In this document: positions 37,849-50,359 of the stretch, one piece after another
How the letters are laid out: each line of letters opens with the position of its first letter
Position numbering within the stretch: the stretch's first letter is position 1
Source: Eledone cirrhosa
Taxonomy: Eukaryota
DNA length: 64,000 nt
Direction: 5' to 3'
NCBI GenBank assembly: GCA_964016885.1
Contig: OZ024747.1
Location: 13,764,001 to 13,828,000 of the forward strand
Made by a program: the position numbers and the translations under genes
Notes under the pieces: generated by a model
The model's input: only the letters and a program-made list of their open reading frames with translations
What the model was told of the DNA's origin: nothing
Databases searched by the model: none

Positions 37849-40800
37849 TAGTGGCCCAGTGCTGTCAGCTCTCTAAAGTTAACTATATCATTCACCCTAT
37901 TTGGGTTGACAAAGTACTATTCGAAGAGTGTTTACCAGTATCTAATCTGAATTTGTGTGTTCTGTGTTCAAATCCTGACAGGCAGATAGTATCAGCAATA
38001 GAAAGACCAATGGAAGCATTGTTTACTGGGTCTGATCCGACAATCAGTTCCTTTTATTTCTTTATAGAATTATTTGAGAAATGGTTGGTAGAATTTTGAT
38101 GGATTCTTTGATGAACTCCCATTGGCGGTGTAGATATGTATGTTTGAATTTGTAACTTCTGATGGAGTCATTGGTGTGTCATTATGATGTACAGTTCTTG
38201 GACACTTTAAATCTGGTGAGCCCATCCCTGTCCAGGTGTAAATACAGACAATTTCTTCCAAAGAAGGATACAGAGAGATTGATTGAGAGGAAGTGAGAAA
38301 AGATATAGAGCATGAATCAACACCAGTACTTGATTGGTTCTCTTTTTTTTTTATTGACCTCAAAAGGATGAAATGCTGGATTCACCATAACAAAGTTTGA
38401 ACTCAGTGTGCAGAGAACTGGAATGGATACCAAATAGCGACTCTGCCAATTCACTGCCTCTGTTTTGGATATATCTCTTTGTTGTTAACCCTTTAGCATT
38501 TAAACTGACTGCTGTAACTAGCTGTTCATACTGGTGTTAAGGTATTGTTTTCAAAATAAATATCATCAAAATATCATCAAATTCGATATTATGTGAGATA
38601 AAGCCTTTACCGTGAAAATACAATAGTAAATATAGAGTAATGTAAATGCTAAAGGATTAATTCAGTTTGAAGAGTGCAGCACTTCCAATAAATATTGGTT
38701 CCTTATTTAAGCACACTGTTGAGAACAAGACAAGGGGAAGATGAGTTTCTAATAAAAATATATAATTTTAAACAGAAGTCTAAACACACACACAGAGTGG
38801 GAGATAAAGAAAGAGGGGGACATACAGAGTAAGATATTAGAGACAATGCAGAGCATATGTATGTGTATAAATGTGTGTGTGTGTGTCTAATTTAGGTACC
38901 TTGACTGCTACTTTATTGACCACAGAAGGTTGAAAGGCAAAATTGACCTCAGTAGGATCTGAACTCAGAATGTAAAGAACTGAAATAAATACCATGAAGT
39001 ATTTTATCCAGCACTTTAATGATTCTGTCAGTCTATCACCCTTTCACTTCCAATAAATATTACTACCGAATCCTTGTGGAATCAATGCAATGTCTCTTGA
39101 CTGTTCAAACAATCAAAATTTCAATTCTTTGTGGTATTAACTCTTAATGTCCTGTACCACATGAAACCACATTAGCAAGCCTATTCTCAAGAAGTAAAAA
39201 GTGGCACTATGACTGCACCACATTATAAATTAGCCTTTATTTTTGTTTATTGCAAATTTTCTCCGAGATGAGTCCACTAGATAAACTACTACACACATTT
39301 GAATTAATAAACCCATTTTTAAATATTTTCTGCTAAATCATTACAGGATGTTATAAGCTAAACATGTCTATCAGATTTTATTATTGCCATAGTGTTTTTC
39401 AACTGTTGTTGGTGGTGGTGCTGTTGTTGATGGTAGTGGTGGTAGTACAGCTTCTGTTGGTGGTGGTGGTGGTAGTCGTGCAGCTACTGTTTTGTGGTTG
39501 TTGTTACAATTGTAGTATAGCTACTATAGATAGTGATGGTGATGGTGGTGGTACAACTACTGTCTATAGCTGTGTTACAGTTATTGTGGTGGTGGTGGTG
39601 GTGGTAGTGCAGCTACTGTCAATAGTGGTGTTGGTGCAGCTATAGCTGTTAATGGTAATAGTAGTGGTGATGCAGCTACTGTTTATGGTGGTGGTGGAGC
39701 TAGTATTGATGATGGTGGTGGTGATATTACTGTTGTTGTTTGATGCAACTACTTTTTCTTTTTATAAAATTCAGTCTTTGTATTTTTTTCTCTTTTCTAA
39801 TTTCCTTCTATTCATTTATTTCTGTTTATAACCCCCTTTTCTCTGTTATTTCCTTCAAATAATTTCGTTATTTATTTCCCCTCTTTCTTTCCCCCAGTCC
39901 CCACAACCTCTCCACCATATTCTCTCATTCCTGTTTTTATTTTCATTAATTTATTCCTATATTATCCTATAAATTAAAACTGACTCATTTGTTTGTTTGT
40001 TTTTTTTTTACTTTTACTTTCTGGTCTTTTGACTTCTATTTCATGTGCATATCTTTGCACATTTTATTCATTTGATGCACACACTGCAACAGGTTATGTG
40101 ACATGAAGTGTATATTTGCAGCAGCTTGTCTTGTATGTGCAACAGGATGCATCTTACTACTAAAGGTCTGAGTGACATTTGATATAAACTACTTAAAGAT
40201 TATGTGACATTTAGTATATATATACAATGTAATATCTCGGTGATTGCTATGTAATGCACATACTGCATAATAACGTATCTAATGTATATATTGCATAGAA
40301 GCAGTATGTCAGGTATATTCTGTGTATGTGAGTGTGTAAGCGTGCATGAACCATTAATTCCTGATTGAGTTGTAGGGGTGCCATAGTGATGTATGACCTC
40401 TTCTTAGATATTTAAATATAGTAGAACCCACCCCCCACCAGGTCATAACACAGCTGATTTCTTCCACTGAAAAAGAGTGAGAACAGGAGAGAAAATTATA
40501 TAGATGTAGAATCAACCCCAGTCCTAGTTTGGTACTTTATTTAGTCACCTCAAATGTGTTGGTGTGTGTGCAGTGGGGAAAATAATCAAAACCCCAAATG
40601 CTTTGAGTCAGACCAACAAGGAAATAAAACTGTTAATTTAGATTTTTTTTTTTTATTTTTGCCACAAAATGCAATGAAACCATGTGGCAAACAATATTAC
40701 AACAGGCATAGGTATAGTCTGAAATAACAAAGAGTACTGCAGTTGTAAACATAAGTGTTTTGTTGTGATGGTATCGTATGTATATAGATATAGCAGAATT

Positions 40801-43021
40801 ACAGAGTGAATGTGATGAAGCCTTTACCAACCTGTGGAAGCATGCTTGGCTGTAACTGCCTTGATGACTAACATGACCACAGGAGCTTGGCTTAAATACC
40901 CCGAAGTTTCATCACACATATTTCTGGTAATGACATCATAGCTATTTTAGTCTGGGTTGTTGACATGCATTTTTGTAAACAGAAAATTCAACCTAGGGAT
41001 GATTTCACTACAGACTTCAATATTTAAACAACTGGAACACTTAATGTTGTCTTAACTAATTAGCCCAACCCAATGGAGGCCCAACAATAACAATTTAGAT
41101 AAGAATAAGGCTGCTATATGGGTGCAACAGCCTTGACATCAATACAAGGAGATAAAGGTGATGAAAGGTTATATCATTTACCAAAACATTCACCATGACA
41201 TTCTAGTGTGTGTGTGTGTGTGTGCATGCGCCTACTCTCTTTTGCACTTAACCTTTTAGAGAGCAAACTGCCTGCAGCCACTCTGGTTCTCTGATACAAA
41301 ACTGTTTATTTTAAAGTGTTTGGTCATCATCATTTAATGCCTCTTCTTCAAAATGTTGGCACGGGTTGGACAGATCATCAGACTAAAACTGTGTTTAAAT
41401 CTATATAACACGCACGCACAAAACTATGTATATGCATATCTTGATTGTATACATATAGAAATGCTTGTTGTAGTACAATTTGTATTACGATACAGTGATA
41501 TATGGGTATATTTCTCTGTATGTGTGTTTATGTACATGCATTTACATACATATACATATATACATACACTTACCTGCATATATCTATATATCCATTGGTT
41601 TCGCCCTATAACTTTAAGTGAAGTTGATTTTTAAGAAGCTATTATTTAAATATATATTATATAAAAAGACAACATAAAGCATCCATCTCACTTTGTAAGG
41701 TGGTAGTGCTGGTGCCATGGAAAAAAAAGCTTCCAATATACATTGTAATGGGCTTGGCATTAGGAAGGGCATCCAGCCATAGAAAGCCAAGCCAAAAATT
41801 AAACATGTGAGTAAAACCTGTCTTGTTTCATCTTATAATTCAACAGCCTGTCTAACCTATACAAGCATAGAAAATATACATTACACAGTGATGATGATGA
41901 TTGCTTTTTCACTTATACAGTCTATTCTCTACTAACAAGTAGCATTGCATGGAATAGATTTTTGGCAATTGCAGCACATATGCAGAAATCTAGCAAACAT
42001 TTCCAACCAAATGATAATTAGAATTCTTTGATTCATTAGTGTTGTCTATTGGAAACTTTGATAGCATGGTAAAACCATCACAAGAATCAATTGCTTTTAG
42101 ATGTTATGTATAGGCACATGCATAGTTGTGTGGTTAAGGAGTTTTCATTGCAGCCATGTAGCTTCAGGCTCAGTCCCACTATGTGACATATTGGTCTTCT
42201 ATTAACTCTTAATATCCTGTACTGTATTAATCCACATTAGCAAGATGTTCTTGAAATATATAAAACAAAACAGTATTATGACTGCATCACAGTACAAAGT
42301 AAAGGCTTTACTATGCCCTTCCTAATATCAACCATTTTACAGAGAGTAGACTTGATTTATTTTATTATGGTACCAACACTAACACCTTACAGGCTGTTCT
42401 TGGTGTGTTTTATAGTGGCACCAACACTAGAGTAGCTGTTATATGTTATGTGTAGTATTAACCCTTTAGCATTTAAACCGGCCGTATCTAGCCAAAATTC
42501 TCTCTCCTCTTTCTGTTCATACTGGCCCTAACCAACCACTCATACTGATGTTAAAGTATTGTTCTCAAAATAAATCATTACATCATCAAAATCTCATAGA
42601 TTTGATATTATGTGAGATAAAGCCTTTACCATTAAAATACAATAGTAAATATAATGTAAATGTTAGTGAAATAAACTGACTATGAGCAATATTGCTTTAC
42701 TGTGTCTGTTATGTCTCATAATTTGATACACACATTTGGAATGTCATGGTAATTAAGAATCTTCGGTGATTGGCTGAGATTTAGGGAAGTTTCCATAACT
42801 GCATTCTATATTCTATATCAAAGCTTCCAAAGCAAGTGCTATTTCCTCCCCCATCCCACTCTGGGGATGTTGGGAGATATAAGAGGGGGATTGAAATGCA
42901 AAGGGAAAGGTTGTAGTTGGAAATTATTAAAGCAAAGGTTGGTGAGGAAGGAAGTAGGTAAATAAATACAAATTAGTAGTTGCTTGTAAAACTGTCACCT
43001 AGTTATATAATGTATGCTTAA

Positions 43022-43210
43022 CCCTTTAGCATTTACATTACTCCTTATTTACTGTTGTATTTTCACATAATATCAAATCTACGAGATATTGATGTTATTT
43101 ATTTTGAAAACAATACCTTAACATAAGCATGAGTGGCTGGTTATGGCCAGATTGAACAGAAAGAGGTCGGGGAATTTTGGTCAGATACAGCCAGTTTAAA
43201 TGCTAAAGGG
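43022..43210 (+). mobile_element. piggyBac-type MITE family B (189 bp)
   Basis: TTAA TSD on both sides and perfect 14-bp TIR CCCTTTAGCATTTA / TAAATGCTAAAGGG. Related copies at about 25936-26165, 38487-38660 and 42458-42665. Confidence 0.82.
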
Positions 43211-44120
43211 TTAAATAAAGTAAAAAGAATTATTAAAATTTAATTTACAATATATAATTTTTTTTACCAAGTTTATGGGTGGTTGTGATGGTGCTATTGA
43301 AATTTCTCTTATAGAGGGTGGCAGTACATATGTTTGCAAAGCCCTGCTCTATGTCAAGCCATTATATGGATAGATAACTGCTGTGAGTTGAGAAGGGAAG
43401 CATGTATGTGGTCGATTGACTTGCTAAAAATAGCAGCCAAATATTTCTTACATCACACACTGTTTTAATCCTTTCGTTTCCAAGACACAGCCTATGATTT
43501 TCAAATTATTTTGAAAATAATCAAGAACTTGGAAAGATTTAGTAATAATACTTTCTCTTTATTAAGCTGGTGTTTGAATATCATGAAGATTATTACATTA
43601 AATCATGATGGAAGGTTTAGATATAAATACTTTAAAATAAGCAGTTTTATATCATAGAACCAGAGGTTAAGAAAGAATGGACAGGCACATGGGCTATTGT
43701 AGTCCTAGATATGTTTTATGTCTGAAAATATTGGCCACAATTGGCCCATGTTTGATCAGAGGTCTGGCCTGGGGTTATACAATGATTTCTTATATTATCA
43801 CCTTTAGCAGGGGAGATGAAATAGCAAACATATATGAAACATTGAAACCTACCAAAACTATATGGAAGATAACTGGAGAGGAATTATTGAGGATTCTGAT
43901 AGGAGAAATAATGACACCCTGTTAAATGGTTGTTTTGCTGTCAATAAAAAGTACCCAGTCCATGTGGTAATATGGTTGGTCTTAGAAAGGGCATCCAGCC
44001 ATAGAAACCAAGCCAGAAACAGTTCCCTATGAGCAAGACATGGTCACCAGACCTGATTTGTCTCATAATGTGACAACCCGTCTAACCCATGCAAGCATGT
44101 TTCGGTTGTTCATTTTCAAC

Positions 44121-44155
<35 letters not shown>

Positions 44156-44907
44156 GTGTGTGTGTGTGTGTGTGTGTGGATAGAGAGAAATGAGATGTAA
44201 GTAGTTGAGACCAGTGAAACCATAATTCAACGTAGTACATTATACTTAAGGAAAGTAGAGTGTAGATATTATAGGATTTAATGCCCAATGGTCAAGCTTA
44301 AATGTTTCAATAGCAAAATGTTGCTATTAAAACAGTTTAAACTTGATTATCCAGCATTAGGTCCTCTAATATATCATCATTTCTCTACTAGTAAGGGTTG
44401 TATGTGTGTATATATATATAGAAGTAGGTGTTTTAAATATTATTGTATTAGCTGAATGAGCACTCAATAAATGTGAGCAAAGTGTAAAATTTATTTTCTA
44501 AAGAGAAAAGTATATATATGTGGGTGAGTGTTTGATAATGATCTCTTCGTTCTCTTGCATTATTAATGCACTAATGATGTAAAACAGTCGGGTATAACCA
44601 CACACGCACACACGCACACACACACACACACACTCACAATCATACTTTAATACTTATGTAATGTCTTGTGTGTGTGGTGGGTTTTTTTTATACTTGGCTA
44701 AATGCACTCACACACTTATGTAAGCACAAAGCTTTATATTTAAAGTTAGCTAGGAAAATGTGATGTTGTTCACAAGCTTCGATATTCTATGTATTGCATT
44801 ATTAAAGAGAGAGAGAGGGTGCACTGTATAGCAAATGAATTATCTGTAAATCTATTTAGCCTTTTAAACACCAGCCTGCCCCAAACCTGCCACTATTAAC
44901 ATTTCTT

Positions 44908-45089
44908 GGTGGATTGGCAGTATCGGTAGAGGGTCGGACGCCATGCTTTCCAGCATAGTTACGTCCCTTTATGATCTGAGTTCAAATCCCGCCGAGGTTG
45001 ACTTTGCCTTTCATCCTTACGGGGTCGATAAAATAAAGTACCAGTAATGCACTGGGTAATTTGCTGGCCTTGTGCCTAAAGTAGAAACA
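44908..45089 (+). mobile_element. Young full-length SINE family B with 12-bp TSD
   Basis: ATTAACATTTCT at 44895-906 and 45090-101 flanks a near-consensus copy. Confidence 0.88.
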
Positions 45090-48000
45090 ATTAACATTTC
45101 TGTTGACATATTTCTAAATGGTTATCAAATAAATTTGAAAATAATAAAAAATCTGGTGTGTGCAACATAAAAAAAAGTTTGTAGATAAAATTATGGTGGA
45201 AGGTCTTTAGTTACAAAACTTTCTTTTATTTTTAAGTGTTTTATTATAGAACCAGGAGCAGTTTCAAGTAGTTTATCAAAAGGGTTAAAGTGTTCAAATT
45301 TAAATTTAAATCTGTAACCTAAATCATTGTTTCATGACAGATATTATTAGATTTCAGTAGATAAATGTTTGCTTTTGTTATTAAAAAGATAGTTATTTCG
45401 CTAAACTTCTCATAATTCTTCTTTATTTTTGATAATTAAAACACAAAGGCAGTACATTCTTGTTAGTAATATACTCAGAAAAGGTTTTACCTTTTTGATA
45501 CTAAACTACCTGAAACTGCCTCTGGTCCGATAATACAAAATTGTTTGTTTTAAAATGTTTATAATTATGTAAACATTTTCCATCATAATTTCATGTAAGA
45601 ATCATTAGGTTATGTTCCAATAACCAACTTAATGGTGGAAAATCACAGTTTAGTGGTTGAGGTGTTAGGCTCATGATCATAAAGATGTGTGTTTAACTTG
45701 TTGGTTCAGATGGTGTATTGTATTCTTGAGCAAGACACTTTATTTCACATTGCTCCAGTCGACTCATCCCCCCCCCCACCACCACCACACCCCTTAAAAA
45801 ATATAGTACCAGCTGTAGCTAGGGGTTAAGTATATAACAGACTAGCATCTTCTCCAGAGGGATGTCTTTGTACTCTCAGTTGCTTAAGAGCAGTGAATGT
45901 GGTATCAAAAGGCCTGACGAGCCGCGGATTACAGAGTCGGGTCAGATCGATACAGATCGAACCTTGAGCTGATCAGTGGCAAAACGCGCGTCACCAACCA
46001 ATAAACGTAATGAAGGAGTAACCAATCGTCCTTGTTATCTTATTTCACTATAATACACTCTGTCTAGCTCTACACCTCGACACTGAAGTGAACCTAAACA
46101 TCGAGTGCTCACCCGGGTGAACCTACAGTAACTCCAACTTACACTCCCTGGAGATATATGTGTGTGTGTGTGTAATTTATATAGAAGAGAAAAAGTGGGG
46201 ACGAGAAATGAGAAGCAAAATCTCCACTCATCGCTGCACAACATATCTTTGATGTTTTCTATATGATATCAGAATCATAATTGAGATAATAAATAGTTTT
46301 ATAAGAGATACAACAAAAAACATATACTTCTATTTTCTAAAAGTATTCACATTATTGGTTACAATATATACAATTTTATGTAGAATCAGGACTGGTTTGG
46401 TACATACTAAAATACATTGGAAATACTATAGACAACCAGTTCTATAACAATTTGTTCTGTGTGTAAAGTTCTTGTCTAAAGTCCTTGTAAATTGTCTTTA
46501 TAAGGTAAATTGTCTTTATACAGAGAGTCAGGAGGATTCTTCAGTTGTGCCATAGACATGACAACCTCCCTAGTGTTGGTGATATATATGGTAAACACAC
46601 CTAGTATATTCTGTAAAGAGGTTGGTGGTTGATGATAGGAAGGGTATCCAACTGTAGCAAACCTGCCAAACAAAGGGTTGGAATGACAACTTCCTTACTG
46701 TTTGGTGCCATGATAAAATGTACTTGGTAGAGCACAGGATTGTATGTTGGGCCACATGGGGAACAGTGACTCCACCACAGTACTGACTGGTCTGTGACAA
46801 CATCTCCAACCCTTGTTAGCAGAAAAAAAATGAATGCTAAATGCTGCTGCTGTTGCTGTTGCTGATGATGATTGTGACCTAATAAAAGGGTTATGTGAAG
46901 AACCTTTTGTATCCCATCTCACTATTGTGTTACTCTACTCTCTCATGAACATAGTGGTGCTTTCAGTTACAAGAAAACTATGCTATAATGGTAAACTGCA
47001 TCAGAGAAACCATACAAAGTCTCAAGTGTATGTTTAGGTGTATGTCTGTTTGTGTGTGACTGTTTGTGAGTGTCCGTGTTGAATGTATATATCTATAACG
47101 GGTGGTTATGTGTGTCTATATTGTTTGAATGCATGTGTATATTGTGTGTGTATTTGTATTGCATGTATGTGTATGTGCATATATCTATATTGCATTTTGT
47201 GTGCGTGTCTGTATTATGTGTCCATTTGTACAATGTATTTCTTAATGACCATTTATTGTTGTAGTATTTGTTTCCAAGAATAGCCTAAGTGGGTGTGTTT
47301 ATTATAACTAAATTTAGTCTCTGGCTACAGTTGTCAAAAAAAAAAAAAAGGAAAGAACTCTTCTTCGGCAAAGGTTTATTTGTTAATATCATAGAATCGG
47401 CTTCAAACTGGAAATGGTCCTATAATATTAGATCACAATAGATACTTCACACACACACATAATCCTTTACTAGATAATTCAATATATGATATCTTTGCCT
47501 GCAATTTTCTGACTGACTACATTGAAATGATTGTGTCTGCTATAAAAGTATGCAATATATTGTATGAAACCCAACTTTGCTTCAGTTATTACATCTCAAA
47601 TTTAATTGGTTTCTTCACAAGACATTGCAAGTAAACTAAGGAAAAAGAAAAAAAAAGATAAAACGACTTTATGTATGTTAGTGTCTGTATCTATGTGTAA
47701 ATAAATGTGTTTATATGTGTATTGAAGGAAAGTATGTCATCATCACTACCATTTTACATCTATTTTCTATGCTTGGATGAGTTAGATGGGTTGTCGCATT
47801 CTGAGGTCAGGCAGGTTAAATGGCTGTGTCTCTGTCGGTTTATTCTGGTTTGTTTTCTATTTCTGGATGCCCTTCCTAATGCCAACCACTTCACATGGAC
47901 AATGTCCACTTATCTGTCTGTTGTTATCTCAGTGTGTACATTTGACTCCCTCTGTTTGACTGTTTGTCAGTCTATCCTTCTGACTATTGACTGGGTGGTC

Positions 48001-48642
48001 AGCCTGTTAGTTAACGATTGAATATTGGCCTAATTGTTATTGAGACCTCCAGTGTCCTCTGTTCCTGGGCTGTCATTATTCTCTGCCAAATAGGGACAAG
48101 GGCATCACACTTAAGGTAAGAGCCTCAAAAGTGAAATACCCAATGCAGTGGGTATCACTAGCTGTTTTCAGCCAGCTCTAAAGTCCAATGAGTTTTACCT
48201 TTTGACCATCGATCAGTGGGTCAGTCTGCAAGGTAACCCTCTTCCTATCAAACCAGCTTGACTTTGATACAAAACTGATCATTTTAAAATGTCTATACTT
48301 ATATTAAAATATTCCACCATGATTACATTTAAGAAAGTTTTATTACATAATGTTCGAAACATCAGTTTAGTAATGAAAAAGTTATCTTATTAAATTCTTC
48401 GAAATTCTTGATTACTTCCAAGCAATGTATTTAATTAGAAATACAGTAACGAAAGGTTTAATCTGTTTGTCCGAACATCTGTCTGTTCCATTACTTGTCT
48501 GTCTGTTTACCTATCTTCATTTCATTTGTCAATTTTCCTGTCTCTCCACTCAATCCACTATCTTATTCACCTGATTGCATCTCTGTTACCCTCTATTGCA
48601 CATCTACCATTCAATTTATTATTTACCTTAACTTGTCTGCAA

Positions 48643-48737
48643 GTATTGTGGAGAAAAATCCGAAAAAATTTAAAATCCCCGATGAAGAACTACGAGAGAG
48701 AAGAGGCTTCATAGAAAAGACGAAGCAGGTGGTGAGA
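48643..48737 (+). CDS. STX6: Syntaxin-6 coding exon 3
   Basis: GT-IVEKNPKKFKIPDEELRERRGFIEKTKQVVR, similar to vertebrate IVEANPRKF...RKAFI..TRQVVR. 95 nt; donor AGA|gtaagt at 48738. Confidence 0.94.
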
Positions 48738-48993
48738 GTAAGTATTGTGTCTTTTATTATTATTCTGTCTACTTCATTTAGTTCTTAACTGTCTTTTTTT
48801 TATGTCTTTTGTTTTTCTCTTCCTTTTCCTTGTTGTCTCTTTTATAGATGTTTAACCATTCTCTTCGCTATTGTATTTAGTCACACTTCATTTCATTACA
48901 GTCTGGTCAATGACCTTGCATTGATTTCCACCATTTTTTGACCATTTCTATCTCGCTTTCACTTCCACTCACACTCACACTCACACACACATA

Positions 48994-49156
48994 TAGGGTC
49001 TATCAAAAAGGCTATATTTTTTAAATGACCATATAATCATGAGGTAACTTGTACAGTATATGTCTTTTTTTTTATAGCTTTTATAAAATTTTATGAAGTT
49101 ATTTACATTTGTAAAAATTGTAAATAAAATTGGATGATTGTTTTCAATATACCCTG
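48994..49156. mobile_element. Possible Tc1/mariner-type MITE
   Basis: Imperfect TIRs TAGGGTCTATCAAAAA / TTTTCAATATACCCTG in a TA context. Confidence 0.45.
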
Positions 49157-50199
49157 TGTATATATAGATATATATACACAAGCACACGCGTGCACACACT
49201 AGACTGAGTATGTATATATAGACATGCTAGCAGGGGAAGCAGATGTTAAATGATGATGTATATATCATCATCATTACCACCCTTTAACATCCATGTTCCA
49301 TGCTTGCATGGGTTATATGAGTTCTGAGGGGCAGACTAATGGGAGCATAGGATAAAGATCATCTGAATAATTCCATTGATGTAAGGCCCAAACTTTCAAT
49401 ATTCCTTCAATGATAGAATGGTTGCAGTGATAAAAAGAGCTTACCACCAACTGGACTACACTCTATCAAGATTAGACAGTACTTACTTGGACATCACTGC
49501 AAGGTTTAGTTGGCCTCTTATGAATTTGCATCTCATAGGAGATTTCTTGGTAGTTTTAAATGACAGGGATCTCAGTTCTATCAAGAAAAGCAATGTGAAA
49601 TGAAGTGTCTTGCTCAAGAATACAGTGCACTGCTCGGTCTAAGAATCAAATTTATGAGCTTATGATTACGAGCTCATGCTAACCACTAGGTCACTGCTGT
49701 AGATTTTTTTTTATGATAGCAGTTATATACTTTAAGTATTATGATGATAGTTAACTTTGCAATATTGTCTTGTTGTTCTTTAATGTTTGTGATAATAGAG
49801 TTTAATGTATCTTTGATCATCTTGATGTTTCATGATTATATTGTGGTGGTGCAGATGTGTGTGATAAAGATGTCTGTTGCCTTAGCAACAAATGTGTCAT
49901 ATTAACTTGGTAACAATAATGACAATTATGTAAAATGTGGTCAAATTAAATATTTGTTTTCCAAAACAATGTGTGCATTGGGATTTGAAATACAAACAGA
50001 AATATAGATTATGTAATGTTTGAAAGCATTGTTTAATGACCCACACATCTTGTTGCTATTAGTGGTAATGATAATTGTGGTTCTTACAAGTGTGGTGGTA
50101 ATAGGAAATATATATATTATGTTCTTAACTATATAATGTTACTGTTATCACTGTGTACACACTTACACATATATTTGGGAGCATATTCATATGATGTTA

Positions 50200-50320
50200 T
50201 AATAATAATAATGAAATTATTGTGTACAGTGCTCAGGTGCACTACAACTCATCAAAGGTGCATGTATAGTACATAGAATAATGTACAAATGTCAGGAAAA
50301 TGAACAGTGTATGAGTCATG

Positions 50321-50322
<2 letters not shown>
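50200..50322 (-). mobile_element. Short 3'-tail copy of a sister CR1-like subfamily
   Basis: TGTACAGTGCTCAGGTGCACTACAACTCATCAAAGG... same variant as 57830-58092; it abuts the tail of the long copy. Confidence 0.8.

Positions 50323-50324
<2 letters not shown>

Positions 50325-50359
<35 letters not shown>

Larger units (their letters stand above)
32764..48642 (+). other. STX6: U12-type (minor spliceosome) intron 2 of syntaxin-6, AT-AA termini, 15,879 nt
   Basis: 5' site ATATCCTTTGA (32764-74). Branch site TTTACCTTAAC (48622-32), with the branch A about 11 nt from the end. Only the junction ATA G|...TGCAA|GT ATT GTG keeps the frame (EETI-G-IVEKNP). Confidence 0.9.

Noticed and set aside
48642-48643. 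AT-AG reading of intron 2 (exon 2 joined to 48644)
   Set aside because: Shifts the frame by one base and destroys the downstream syntaxin ORF.
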